In this document: positions 1 through 9,507 of the stretch, piece after piece
Layout: the number at the start of each line of letters is the position of its first letter
Position numbering within the stretch: the stretch's first letter is position 1
Origin: Verrucomicrobiota bacterium
GTDB lineage: Bacteria > Verrucomicrobiota > Verrucomicrobiia > Limisphaerales > JADJPG01
Reading direction: 5' to 3'
Assembly (NCBI GenBank): GCA_046048995.1
Contig: JBJOEZ010000001.1
Span: 25,048 to 89,047 of the forward strand
Length of the DNA stretch: 64,000 nt
Program-made: the position numbers and the translations under genes
The notes under the pieces: model-generated
What the model saw: the letters and a program-made list of their open reading frames with translations, nothing else
Database searches by the model: none
Told to the model about the DNA's origin: nothing

Positions 1-684
1 GCGGAAGCCGTTCAGGTTCCAGTCGCTGGCGATGGAGAGGGTCTCGAGGTGGCCGAGCAGGGTGGGGCCGGCGTACCACGGGGTGTGCCGGGACGGCTCG
101 ACCACGTTGTCGCCATTGAGGGCGCTGATGGGGATGAACTTGACGTCCTTCATGTCCAGCCGGGGCAGGAAGGACTCGAACTCCTCGCGGATCTGGAGGA
201 AGCGCTCCTCGCTCCAGTCGACGAGGTCCATCTTGTTCACCGCGATGACGAGGTGGGGGATGCGGAGCAGGGACGCGATGTAGGTGTGGCGCCGGGACTG
301 CTCGATGACGCCCTGCCGGGCGTCGACCAGCACGATGGAGAGGTTGGCCGTGCTGGCCCCGGTGACCATGTTGCGCGTGTACTGCACGTGGCCCGGGGTG
401 TCGGCCACGATGAACTTCCGCCGGGGCGTGGCGAAGTAGCGGTAGGCGACATCGATGGTGATGCCCTGCTCGCGCTCGGCCCGCAGGCCGTCGGTCAGGT
501 TGGCCAGGTTGATCTGCCCGCCGCCCGTGATGTCCGCCGACCGTTCCAGCGCCTCAATCTGGTCCTCCATGAGCGACTTTGAGTCGTAGAGCAGCCGGCC
601 GATCAGCGTGGACTTGCCGTCATCCACCGAGCCGCAGGTGTTGAAGCGGAGCAGTTCGACGGGGGGCAGGGCGGTGCCAGGCAT
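1..684 (-). CDS. cysN: Sulfate adenylyltransferase subunit 1 (CysN), N-terminal 228 codons; the ORF runs off the left edge of the window
   Basis: Absent from the ORF track because it is open at the window edge. My reverse-strand translation from ATG 682-684 gives [38 protein letters not shown]...[12 protein letters not shown]...AVNKMDLV. These are GTPase G1 (GSVDDGKST), G3 (DTPGH) and G4 (NKMD) motifs in the CysN arrangement. Confidence 0.9.
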   Translation of the reverse strand, partial: MPGTALPPVELLRFNTCGSVDDGKSTLIGRLLYDSKSLMEDQIEALERSADITGGGQINLANLTDGLRAEREQGITIDVAYRYFATPRRKFIVADTPGHVQYTRNMVTGASTANLSIVLVDARQGVIEQSRRHTYIASLLRIPHLVIAVNKMDLVDWSEERFLQIREEFESFLPRLDMKDVKFIPISALNGDNVVEPSRHTPWYAGPTLLGHLETLSIASDWNLNGFR

Positions 685-867
685 GGATGTGATGTGCGCG
701 TTGCGGCCGGGGCCGGTTCAGGCGCCCCCCGGACTTCGGGCGGCGCGCGGGGCAGTATGCCATGCCGGGCCGCCCGCAGTTCAACGTCAAACTCGGCCCA
801 CCCCGCCCCCCGCCCGCCCATTCCAGGCGTGCATTGCGGCGTTGGCCGGCGCATCCTGCCTGGCGTC

Positions 868-3800
868 ATGATTCCCCGGACCGGACTGCGGCCCTCCCCT
901 GCCTCGACCTCGCCCGGGCGGCTGCGCCGGTTGTTCCCGGCGGCCGTGGCCGCCGCTGCGGCGGCGCTCACCGGGCTGGCCGCCGTGACGGCCGCCGCCG
1001 CGGACGGCCCTTCCCGGGCCCTTGCCCGGGAGTATCCCCGCACGATCCAGCCCCTCCTGCGCACCTATTGCCTCGACTGCCATTCCACCGCGAAGCAGAA
1101 GGGCGATCTTGACCTCGAACGGTTTGGGTCGGCCGCGGAGGTCCTGCGGGACGCCAAGGTATGGGAGGGCGTCATTGAGCAGATGGGCCTGGGCGAGATG
1201 CCGCCCAAGGACAAGCCCCAGCCGACCACCGCCGAGCGGCAGCAACTGGTTGCCTGGATTGGCCAGGCCCTGGACGAGGCCGCCCGCGCGCGGGCCGGCG
1301 ACCCCGGCCCGGTGGTCCTCCGGCGCCTGAACAACGCCGAGTACACCTTCACGATCCGCGACCTCACCGGTGTCCCCACCCTCGATCCGGCCCGGGAGTT
1401 TCCGGCAGATTCCGCGGCCGGGGAGGGCTTCATGAACGTCGGACAGGCGCTCGTCATGTCGCCCGCGCTCGTCACCAAGTATCTCGATGCCGCCAAGGAC
1501 GTGGCCAGCCATGCCGTGCTCCTGCCCGACGGCCTCGGGTGGTCCCCCAGCACGTCCCAGCGCGACTGGGCCGAGGAACGCCTCGCCGCCATCCGCGCCT
1601 TTTACCGCCGCTCCACGGTCACCGGCGGCGGTTCCGCCGTGAATCTGCAGGGCATCCAGTTCGACACCAAGGACGGTGGGGTCCTGCCGCTGGCCCGCTA
1701 TCTCGAGGCCACCCTCACCCATCGCCAGGCCCTCCAGTCGCGCCGACAGACGGTGTCGTCGGTCGCCGCCGCCGCGGGTCTCAACGCCAAGTACCTGGGT
1801 GCCCTCTGGGCGGCGCTGCACGGGACCGATCCGTCCCTCCTCCTCGACCCGCTGCGCGCGCAGTGGCGTGCGGCGACACCGGCCGACGCCCCCGCCCTGG
1901 CCCAGGACATCGCCCGCTGGCAGCAGGCGCTCTGGCGTTTCACCCAGGTCGGCCACATCGGCAAGCGCGACGGTCCCAAGGCCTGGCAGGTGCCCGTCAC
2001 CCCGCTGGCCGCCTCCCGCGAGGTCCGCTTCAAGCTGCCTCCGCCTGCCGCCCCCGGGCAGGATGTCACCTTCCATCTGGCCGTCTCCGACGCCGGTGAC
2101 GGTGCGCAGGGCGACGTGGCGGTGTGGGAGAATCCGCGCCTGGTCGCGCCCGGCCGGCCGGACCTCCCGCTCAGGGATGTGCAAACGGCGGTCGCCCGCC
2201 TCGCCGTGCACCGGGAACGCATCCTCGGTGCCGCCGCCGCCTGCCTCGCCGCCGCGGCCGAGGTGGTGGGCCAGACCAACCCTCCCCCGGCCACCGAACT
2301 GGCCGGGCGCCACGGCGTCGATGCCGTCGCCCTCGCCGCCTGGCTCGAATGCCTCGGACTCGGCTCCGGCCCGGCCCCCATCGAGGGTCACATGACCGCC
2401 AAGCTGGAGAGCGCCCAGAATCATGATTTCGTGAAGGGCTGGACCGGCGCGGATGCCCTCAGCGTACTTGCCAACGCCTCCGGCCAGCCCGTGCGCATCC
2501 CGGGCAACCTCAAGCCCCACAGCGTGGCCGTGCATCCCGCCCCCAAGCGGCGCGTGATCGTCACCTGGCGCAGCCCCGTGGCCGCCACGGTGCGGGCCGA
2601 GGGCGTCATCCAGCACGCGCATCCCGAGTGCGGCAACGGCGTGGCCTGGGCGATCGAATTGCGGCGCGGATCCTCCCGCCAACGCCTCGCCGCCGGCCTC
2701 GCGCAGGGCGCCAAGGAGCACAAGTTCGGCCCGCTCGAGAACCTGTCCCTCCAGGCCGGTGACGCGCTGTCCGTCGTCATCAGTCCCCGCGACGGCAACC
2801 ATTCCTGCGACCTCACCGCGGTGGACTTTCAGGTCAGCGACGGCCCGCGCACCTGGAACCTCGCGAAGGATGTCTCCTCCGACCTGCTGGCGGGCAACCC
2901 GCACGCCGATCGCCTCGGTCATCCCGCGGTCTGGCATTTCCACAGCGAACCCGACCGGGCGGGCGGCGCGGAAACCATGGTGCCCGCCGGCTCCCTGCTC
3001 GCCCGCTGGCAGGCCGCCGGCCAGACCGAGGAACGCACGCGCCTGGCGGCCGAACTGCAGCGCCTGCTCACGGCCGGGCCGGGCGACCTGCCCAAGGACG
3101 CCCCCGACCGCGCCCTGCACCGGCAGCTCACCTCGCTGAACGGCCCGCTGCTCTCCGCCGTGCTGCGCCAGCGCCCGGAGACCGCGGCCCCGGATGCGGC
3201 GGCCTTGGCGGCGGCCCGCGCCCATGGATTGGACCCTGCGCTCTTTGGCCGCGCGCCCGGCGGGGTGACCCTCGCGGCGGCCAACCTGGGCCTGCAAGCG
3301 CCGTCCACCCTGGCCGTGCGCCTGCCCGCGGAACTGGCCGAGGGCTGCGAGTTCGTCGCCACCGCCATGCTGCATGCCGAGGCGGGACGCGAAGGCAGCG
3401 TGCAGATGCAGGTCATGGCCAATCCGCCGGCCGGGTCCAGACTCACGCCTGGCACCGCCCGCCCGCAGGGCAGCAAGGGCACCTGGTCCGACGGCGAGCT
3501 GCGCATGGTGTCCGATGCCCCCATCCTGGTCCGCGACGGCAGCCAGGCCCGCCAGCGCATCGAGCGGGACCTCGACCAGTTCCGCCAGCTGTTCCCCGCC
3601 GCGCTTTGCTACACCAAGATCGTGCCGGTGGATGAGGTGGTCACGCTCACCCTCTACTACCGCGAGGACCATCATCTCCGGCGCCTGATGCTGGATGAGA
3701 AGGAGACGGCCGAGCTGGAACGCCTGTGGGCCGAGCTGCATTACGTGAGCCATGACGCCCTCAAGCTGGTCGATGCCTACGAGCAGCTCTGGCAATACGC

Positions 3801-5175
3801 GACGCAGGACGCCGACCCCAGCGCATTTGAGCCCCTGCGCAAGCCCATCCAGCAGCGGGCCGAGGCGTTCCGCAGGCTGCTGGCGGACACCGAGCCGGCC
3901 CACCTGGAGGCCGTCCTGCGCTTTGCCGAGGGCGCCTACCGGCGTCCCCTCAGTGCGGCCGAGGCGGACGAACTGCGCGCGCTTTATCGTCGGCTCCGCC
4001 AGGAGGAACTGGCGCATGACCCAGCCATCCGCCTCACGCTCGCGCGGATCCTGGTCGCGCCCGCCTTCCTTTACCGGGCGGAGAAGCCGGGTGCGGGGGA
4101 TCGGCCGGGTCCGGTCACCGACTGGGAACTGGCCTCGCGACTCAGCTACTTCCTGTGGTCCTCGGCGCCGGACGCGGAGTTGCGCCAGGTGGCGGCCGCG
4201 GGGGAACTGCGGAAGCCGTCCGTGCTGGCCGCCCAGGCCCGGCGGATGCTCAAGGATCCGCGCGCGCGCCGGCTGGCCACCGAATTCGCCTGCGCCTGGC
4301 TGCATGTGCATGGCTTCGATGAGCTGGGCGAGAAGAGCGAGCGGCATTTTCCGACCTTCAACGGCCTGCGCGGGGCGATGTACGAGGAGACCATCCGGTT
4401 CTTCACCGACCTCTTCCAGAACGACCGGCCGGTGACGGACATCCTCGAGGCCGACGCCACCTTCCTGAACGCCGACCTGGCGCGGCACTACGGCATCCCG
4501 GAAGCCCTCTTCCAGGCCGGCACCCCGGTCGCGGACGATGGGTGGCGGCGGGTGACCGGCCTGAAGGCCCACGGCCGGGGCGGCGTGCTCGCGCAGGGCA
4601 CCACGCTGGCGAAGCAGTCGGGGGCGTCGCGCACGAGCCCCATCCTGCGCGGCAACTGGCTGTGCGAGGTGTTGCTCGGGGAGAAGCTCCCGCGCCCGCC
4701 CAAGGGCGTGCCCCCGCTGCCCGAGGACGAGGCGACCGAGCCGCTCACCATGCGGCAGTTGACGGAGAAGCACAGCAGCGATCCCCGGTGTTACGGGTGC
4801 CATCGCCGCATTGATCCCTACGGCTACGCCCTCGAGGGCTACGACGCCATCGGGCGGCGGCGGACGCAGGATCTGGGCGGCAAGCCGGTCGATGTGCGGA
4901 CGAAGGTGATGGACGGGTCGGAGATCGACGGCCTGGAGGGGCTGCGACGTTACCTGCTGACCACGCGGCGGGAGGCGTTCCTGCGCCAGTTCAACCGCAA
5001 GCTGCTCGGCTACGCCCTCGGGCGCGGCGTGCTGTTGTCGGACAACCCGCTGCTCGACGAGATGCGGGCACAGCTGAGGAAGCGCGACGGGCGCGTGGGC
5101 GCGGTGGTCGAGGCCATTGTGCGCAGCCCGCAGTTCCGGGAAATCCGCGGGCAAGCGATGGTGTTGGATGAGTAG
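868..5175 (+). CDS. Exported PVC-type multidomain heme protein (DUF1587/DUF1592/DUF1595/DUF1588/DUF1585-like, PSD family)
   Basis: Track ORF 694..5175 begins at a GTG abutting the cysN start. I trimmed it to ATG 868, which gives a signal peptide (RLRRLFPAAVAAAAAALTGLAAVTAAAADG). It has an N-terminal CxxCH (CLDCH, 1069-1083) and a C-terminal CYGCHRRIDPYGYALEGYD, typical of this family. Confidence 0.8.
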   Translation: MIPRTGLRPSPASTSPGRLRRLFPAAVAAAAAALTGLAAVTAAAADGPSRALAREYPRTIQPLLRTYCLDCHSTAKQKGDLDLERFGSAAEVLRDAKVWEGVIEQMGLGEMPPKDKPQPTTAERQQLVAWIGQALDEAARARAGDPGPVVLRRLNNAEYTFTIRDLTGVPTLDPAREFPADSAAGEGFMNVGQALVMSPALVTKYLDAAKDVASHAVLLPDGLGWSPSTSQRDWAEERLAAIRAFYRRSTVTGGGSAVNLQGIQFDTKDGGVLPLARYLEATLTHRQALQSRRQTVSSVAAAAGLNAKYLGALWAALHGTDPSLLLDPLRAQWRAATPADAPALAQDIARWQQALWRFTQVGHIGKRDGPKAWQVPVTPLAASREVRFKLPPPAAPGQDVTFHLAVSDAGDGAQGDVAVWENPRLVAPGRPDLPLRDVQTAVARLAVHRERILGAAAACLAAAAEVVGQTNPPPATELAGRHGVDAVALAAWLECLGLGSGPAPIEGHMTAKLESAQNHDFVKGWTGADALSVLANASGQPVRIPGNLKPHSVAVHPAPKRRVIVTWRSPVAATVRAEGVIQHAHPECGNGVAWAIELRRGSSRQRLAAGLAQGAKEHKFGPLENLSLQAGDALSVVISPRDGNHSCDLTAVDFQVSDGPRTWNLAKDVSSDLLAGNPHADRLGHPAVWHFHSEPDRAGGAETMVPAGSLLARWQAAGQTEERTRLAAELQRLLTAGPGDLPKDAPDRALHRQLTSLNGPLLSAVLRQRPETAAPDAAALAAARAHGLDPALFGRAPGGVTLAAANLGLQAPSTLAVRLPAELAEGCEFVATAMLHAEAGREGSVQMQVMANPPAGSRLTPGTARPQGSKGTWSDGELRMVSDAPILVRDGSQARQRIERDLDQFRQLFPAALCYTKIVPVDEVVTLTLYYREDHHLRRLMLDEKETAELERLWAELHYVSHDALKLVDAYEQLWQYATQDADPSAFEPLRKPIQQRAEAFRRLLADTEPAHLEAVLRFAEGAYRRPLSAAEADELRALYRRLRQEELAHDPAIRLTLARILVAPAFLYRAEKPGAGDRPGPVTDWELASRLSYFLWSSAPDAELRQVAAAGELRKPSVLAAQARRMLKDPRARRLATEFACAWLHVHGFDELGEKSERHFPTFNGLRGAMYEETIRFFTDLFQNDRPVTDILEADATFLNADLARHYGIPEALFQAGTPVADDGWRRVTGLKAHGRGGVLAQGTTLAKQSGASRTSPILRGNWLCEVLLGEKLPRPPKGVPPLPEDEATEPLTMRQLTEKHSSDPRCYGCHRRIDPYGYALEGYDAIGRRRTQDLGGKPVDVRTKVMDGSEIDGLEGLRRYLLTTRREAFLRQFNRKLLGYALGRGVLLSDNPLLDEMRAQLRKRDGRVGAVVEAIVRSPQFREIRGQAMVLDE

Positions 5176-5183
5176 CCGCCGCA

Positions 5184-5240
5184 TGGAGTGCGGCAGCACC
5201 GCTGCCGCTTTCAAAGCGCCAGCATCGCTGGCGCACTCCA
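5184..5240 (+). repeat. 57-nt perfect three-way-junction palindromic element (REP-like), copy A
   Basis: TGGAGT [GCGGCAGC acc GCTGCCGC] TTTCAAA [GCGCCAGC atc GCTGGCGC] ACTCCA. All stem positions are Watson-Crick paired. It starts 8 nt after the stop at 5175. Confidence 0.8.
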
Positions 5241-5243
5241 CCT

Positions 5244-5275
5244 CCGGAGCAGCCTCCTGACGTCCGCTGCTCCGG
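5244..5275 (+). repeat. 10-bp hairpin with a CTGACGTC-containing loop, adjacent to element A
   Basis: CCGGAGCAGC (5244-5253) pairs with GCTGCTCCGG (5266-5275). The loop is CTCCTGACGTCC. Confidence 0.7.
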
Positions 5276-5324
5276 CTTCCCCAACGCAATCCGTTCTGCT
5301 ATACCCTCAGGCATACCCCAGACC

Positions 5325-6632
5325 ATGAGCACCCACCACTTCTCCCGGCGCACCTTCCTGCGCGGCGTCGGCGTCACCATGGCGCTGCCCTGGATGGAAT
5401 CCCTCAACGTCTGGGGCGACACCCCGCCCGCGGCCGCGCGCCCGGCCAGCGAGGCGCCCGTGCGCCTGGCCGTGTTGTTCTCCGGCAACGGGTTTCACTC
5501 GAAGGAATGGTGGGCCAAGGGCGAGGGCGACCAGATGGAGCTGGGCAAGGTGCTGGCCCCGCTGCAGGACTTCCGCCGCAAGATGCTCCTCGTGCGCGGC
5601 CTCTACAACGAGGAGGCGCAGAAGGGGAACATCCACAGCTCCCAGACCGGCAACCTCCTCTCCGGCGCCCCGCTTGCCTCCGGCGGGGAAATCCGGTCCG
5701 GCACCAGCGTCGACCAACTGCTGGCCCAGCGCTACGGGCACTCGACCAAGGTGCCCAGCCTGGTGCTGGGTTGCGAGAAGTCGAACCCGTCGGTGCACAA
5801 GAACTACTCGATGCTCTACAGCTCCCACATCTCGTGGAGCTCGCCGACCACGCCCACGCCGCTGGAGGTCTATCCCGCGCTGGCTTTCGATCGGCTCTTC
5901 AAGGACGCCGCCGACAAGGGGGACCAGAGCGTGCTGGACGCGGTCCTGACCGACGCCCGCGACCTGCGCCGGCAGATCAGCGCCGGGGACCAGCGCAAGC
6001 TGGACGAGTACCTGGACAGCGTGCGCGACGTGGAGCGGCGCATTGAGAACGCCGGCCAGCGCGGCCAACTGCAGGGCTGGCGCCCGACCCTGTCGGCGCC
6101 CAACATCCCGCGGCCGCCGGACGGCATCCCGCAGGACATTGCCGAGCACATGCGGCTGATGTGCGACATCCTGGTGCTGGGCTTCCAGACCGACACCACG
6201 CGCATCACGACGCTGAAGCTGAACAACGATCACAGCTCGCTGCGGTTCCCGAACCTGGGGGTGGACTACATGATTCACCACCTGTTGTCGCATAGCGACA
6301 CGGCGGACTGGCTGAAGGTGAATCAGTTCTTCCTCGAGCAACTGGCCTACATTGCGCGCCGGCTGGACGGCATCCAGGAAGGGCCGCGCACGCTGCTCGA
6401 CAACACGATGCTGATGTATTGCTCCTCGATGCTGACCGGGAGCCATGACGCCTCGCAGCTGCCGGTGGTGCTGCTGGGCGGGGGCGGGGGTCGGATCCAG
6501 GGCGGGCGCGTGCTCGATTACCGCGGGAAGCCGGAGCGGCAGATGTGCCGGCTTTACCTGAGCCTGATGGACAAGATGGACGTGCGCCTGCCGCGGTTCG
6601 GGGACGCCGGGAAGGCGCTGGAAGAAATCTAG
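5325..6632 (+). CDS. DUF1552 family protein with twin-arginine signal (usual partner of DUF1592-type proteins)
   Basis: ATG start. MSTHHFSRRTFLRGVGVTMALPWMESL is a Tat-like leader. The 435-aa length and sequence character fit DUF1552. It is co-directional with and directly downstream of the DUF1592-type gene. Confidence 0.85.
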   Translation: MSTHHFSRRTFLRGVGVTMALPWMESLNVWGDTPPAAARPASEAPVRLAVLFSGNGFHSKEWWAKGEGDQMELGKVLAPLQDFRRKMLLVRGLYNEEAQKGNIHSSQTGNLLSGAPLASGGEIRSGTSVDQLLAQRYGHSTKVPSLVLGCEKSNPSVHKNYSMLYSSHISWSSPTTPTPLEVYPALAFDRLFKDAADKGDQSVLDAVLTDARDLRRQISAGDQRKLDEYLDSVRDVERRIENAGQRGQLQGWRPTLSAPNIPRPPDGIPQDIAEHMRLMCDILVLGFQTDTTRITTLKLNNDHSSLRFPNLGVDYMIHHLLSHSDTADWLKVNQFFLEQLAYIARRLDGIQEGPRTLLDNTMLMYCSSMLTGSHDASQLPVVLLGGGGGRIQGGRVLDYRGKPERQMCRLYLSLMDKMDVRLPRFGDAGKALEEI

Positions 6633-6706
6633 GGAAGGTTAGCGAGTTAACGGGTCAGGGAGTTAACGAGTTGTTGAGGGGGCGGCATTGTCCGGCGCGT
6701 TCGCTC

Positions 6707-7615
6707 TCAGCGGCGCGACATGAGCTGGAACTCGATCTTCTGCGGGAGCAGGGACTGCCACCACGTCTGAAAGTGCTCCGGCTTGGCGGCAGGCAACGGA
6801 ATCACCCGGGCCGGCACCAGGACCGGCAGCGGATCGAGGTCGAACGGATACGGGTCCAGCTCGATCCGGCCTTGCCCGCGGGGCGTGACCTCGATGGTGA
6901 CGCGATCCTGCCAGCCGCTGCGCGGCACATCGTGCAGGGCAAACGCGTCCGCACCCAGGCCCCTCGTCTCCCCCGTGCGGGCCTGAATCACGGCGGACGA
7001 CAACGCCAGCGACAGGCCGTCGCACAATTGGATCAGCCGCTCATGCGGCTGGAGGTTTTCAGGATCGACCCAGGTCGCGGTCTTGCGATCGGCGCGCAGG
7101 GCTTGGGTCCATTGCGCCTGGAGTTGTTCCAATTCCGCGATGAACTTCAGCGGTTCCTCCTGGCTGCCGGGATAGAGCTTCTCTGGTGAACCCTTCCAGA
7201 AAAGGGGATGCGTGAAGGCCGGGTCGGGATCGGGCAAGGCGCGGAGGGCGTAGAGCCAATAGGCGTGGCGGCTCATGAGCAGGTTGGCGTAGGCCGCGTC
7301 CTTGAACCGGCTGAGCCCGTTGCGCCAACGGCTCCTGCCCGCCGCCTGATCCTGGAGAACCTCGGCCAGGCCCAGGGGCATGCCATCCTCCGCCGACAGG
7401 TCCGGGGCGGCCTCCCATTCCCACCAGCCGTTGTCGTGCTGCGCGATGGCGAAAATCGTCTCCGCCCGCAGCCGTTCCGGATCAGCGCCCCCAAAGTGGC
7501 CCGGACGGGTGAAGCCGCCGTGACCGCCCCAGTGGGCAGCCAGATAGCCGGCCACCTGGCCATGGTCAGGCTGCGTGACGAGCCAGAGCCGGCCGTCCTT
7601 GATAGTTTTCAGCAT
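6707..7615 (-). CDS. Hypothetical protein, DUF3891-like (H...HD metal-binding pattern)
   Basis: 302-aa ORF with an ATG start. The N-terminal LWLVTQPDHGQVAGYLAAHWG and AIAQHDNGWWEWE resemble DUF3891/HD-like proteins. Function is unknown. Confidence 0.6.
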   Translation of the reverse strand: MLKTIKDGRLWLVTQPDHGQVAGYLAAHWGGHGGFTRPGHFGGADPERLRAETIFAIAQHDNGWWEWEAAPDLSAEDGMPLGLAEVLQDQAAGRSRWRNGLSRFKDAAYANLLMSRHAYWLYALRALPDPDPAFTHPLFWKGSPEKLYPGSQEEPLKFIAELEQLQAQWTQALRADRKTATWVDPENLQPHERLIQLCDGLSLALSSAVIQARTGETRGLGADAFALHDVPRSGWQDRVTIEVTPRGQGRIELDPYPFDLDPLPVLVPARVIPLPAAKPEHFQTWWQSLLPQKIEFQLMSRR

Positions 7616-7697
7616 CGGGGTGCTTGCTTCGTTTCAGGGTCACCTTGACTTGTCGATGGGAACCGGCGGCCAACTCGAGCCTGGCCGGCCCCGGTCC

Positions 7698-9152
7698 TCA
7701 GCGGGCGCCGGTTTTCAACGCGGACTGCGCCAGCTTGCGCAGCATCCCGGCAAAGACCAGTTGGTGCAGCGGCCACACGGCGTACCAGTAGGCCAGCCCC
7801 CAGAGTCCCAGCGGATCGAACGTCGCTGTCTGGCGCAGGCGGGCCCCGCCGCCGTCCGGCAGCACCTCGAACTCCAGCCAGGCCCGCCCCGGCAATTTCA
7901 TCTCCGCCGCCAACCGCAGCCGCTGGCCGGGCTCGATGGATTCGACCCGCCAGCAATCCAGGGTGTCGCCCACCTGCAACCGCTCCGGGTCCCGCCGTCC
8001 CCGGCTCATCCCCACCCCGCCCACCAGCAGGTCCAGCCAGCCGCGCAACGTCCACAGCCAGTTCGCATACGGCCAGCCCGCGGCGCCGCCGATGCGCTCG
8101 ACCGCGGCAAACACCGGCGCCGGCGGCGCCGCGACCGGCACCGACCGCGAGTCGATCAGGCGGTTGCCCAGCCGCTGACCACCCCAGTGACGGGCGGCGT
8201 CCATGGCCGCCGAGATGGCGTCCGACCAGCGCGTTTGCGCGAAGCTCGAGTCCTCGTTGCGCAAGGCGGACGCGATGGCGTCGCGGATGCCGGCCGGCCG
8301 GATGGGGAAGAGGCGCAGGGCGGCTTCGTCGCGCACGACGGTCGGATGGCGGAGGCTGTCCACCAGTTTGCGGCCCACGCGGGCATAGAGCGGCGTGACG
8401 AGGGCAAGCCACAGGCTCGACAGCCGCGGCGTGAGCAGGGGCACGGGAATCATCCATCGCCGCAGCCCGCGTTGCCGGGCGTATTCGCGCATCAGTTCGC
8501 CGTAGGAAACCCGGTCCGGCCCGCCAATCCCGATGATGACGCTGCCCTCCAGCGGGAGGGAGAGCGAGGCCCGCAGATAGGCGAGCACGTCGTTGATGGC
8601 GATGGGTTGCGCCGTCACCCGCACCCAGCGCGGCGCCACCAGGACCGGCAGGCGCTCGACCAGCGCCCGGATCATTTCGAAGGACAGGCTGCCCGAGCCG
8701 ATGATGATGGAAGCCCGGAACTCGATGACCGGCACGGTGTGCGCGCGGAGGCGCGCCCCCACCTCATGCCGGCTGCGCAGGTGGGCCGACAGGCCCGGGT
8801 CGTCCTCCCCCAACCCCCCGAGATAGATGATGCGCTGCACGCCCGCCGCCTGCGCGGCGGCGGCGAAGTTTTCCGCGGCCACGCGATCCTGTTCCTCGAA
8901 GTCGCCCGTCGCGCCCATCGAGTGGACGAGATAAAACGCGGCCTCCACGCCCTGCATGGCCGCGGACAGGGAGGCGGCGTCGAGCAGGTCGCCTCGGACC
9001 ACCTCCACGCCGGCGGGCACCCGGGCCAACAAATGTTCCGGCTGCCGCGCGAGGCAGCGCACGCGCCAGCCATCCGCCACCAGCAGCGGCAACAGCCGCC
9101 CGCCGACATATCCCGTCGCGCCCGTGAGCAGGATCCGGCCGGGCGGGTGCAT
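7698..9152 (-). CDS. SDR-family NAD(P)-binding protein with C-terminal DUF2867-like domain
   Basis: MHPPGRILLTGATGYVGGRLLPLL is a Rossmann GxxGxxG motif at the N-terminus. The 484-aa two-domain layout is typical of NmrA/SDR + DUF2867 fusions. Confidence 0.8.
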   Translation of the reverse strand: MHPPGRILLTGATGYVGGRLLPLLVADGWRVRCLARQPEHLLARVPAGVEVVRGDLLDAASLSAAMQGVEAAFYLVHSMGATGDFEEQDRVAAENFAAAAQAAGVQRIIYLGGLGEDDPGLSAHLRSRHEVGARLRAHTVPVIEFRASIIIGSGSLSFEMIRALVERLPVLVAPRWVRVTAQPIAINDVLAYLRASLSLPLEGSVIIGIGGPDRVSYGELMREYARQRGLRRWMIPVPLLTPRLSSLWLALVTPLYARVGRKLVDSLRHPTVVRDEAALRLFPIRPAGIRDAIASALRNEDSSFAQTRWSDAISAAMDAARHWGGQRLGNRLIDSRSVPVAAPPAPVFAAVERIGGAAGWPYANWLWTLRGWLDLLVGGVGMSRGRRDPERLQVGDTLDCWRVESIEPGQRLRLAAEMKLPGRAWLEFEVLPDGGGARLRQTATFDPLGLWGLAYWYAVWPLHQLVFAGMLRKLAQSALKTGAR

Positions 9153-9209
9153 GTCAGAGGGGGGGGTGTTGCCGTGGCGTTCAGCGGGCCAACGGGGTCC
9201 ACTGCCCGG

Positions 9210-9443
9210 TCAGGCGGTTCTCCAGTGGTTGTTGGCGGCGGCGACGGTTTGAAAGTTGATCGCGATCACCTGCGAAGCCGCCGTCAGGCTGTCGGCGTTG
9301 TTGGCATAGGCTTCGCGCAGGTTCTGGCGAATCTGGTCGGACGGTTGGGTGTATTTAACGCCCATCCGGGAAAGTTTGATCGCCAGTTCAAACCCTTCCT
9401 GGGGAGTGGCGGTTTGCAGGGTGGAAAGCCAGGTGTCGGGCAT
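9210..9443 (-). CDS. Small hypothetical protein (77 aa, predicted helical)
   Basis: ATG start preceded by AAAGGA about 9 nt upstream on the coding strand. Amino-acid composition is non-repetitive, and the gene sits co-directionally between two genes. I recognise no family. Confidence 0.45.
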   Translation of the reverse strand: MPDTWLSTLQTATPQEGFELAIKLSRMGVKYTQPSDQIRQNLREAYANNADSLTAASQVIAINFQTVAAANNHWRTA

Positions 9444-9507
9444 GGGGTAATCCTTTGCTTGGGGTGATGGTTTTTGGCTGGGAAAGTTCGCTGGTGCCCC
9501 ACGCCGC

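Noticed and set aside
787-5289. 1500-aa ORF on the minus strand, antisense to the DUF1592-type gene
   Set aside because: It mirrors a well-supported plus-strand gene and is rich in R/G/P/A low complexity, with no recognisable motifs. Such long antisense ORFs are expected in very GC-rich DNA where stop codons are rare.
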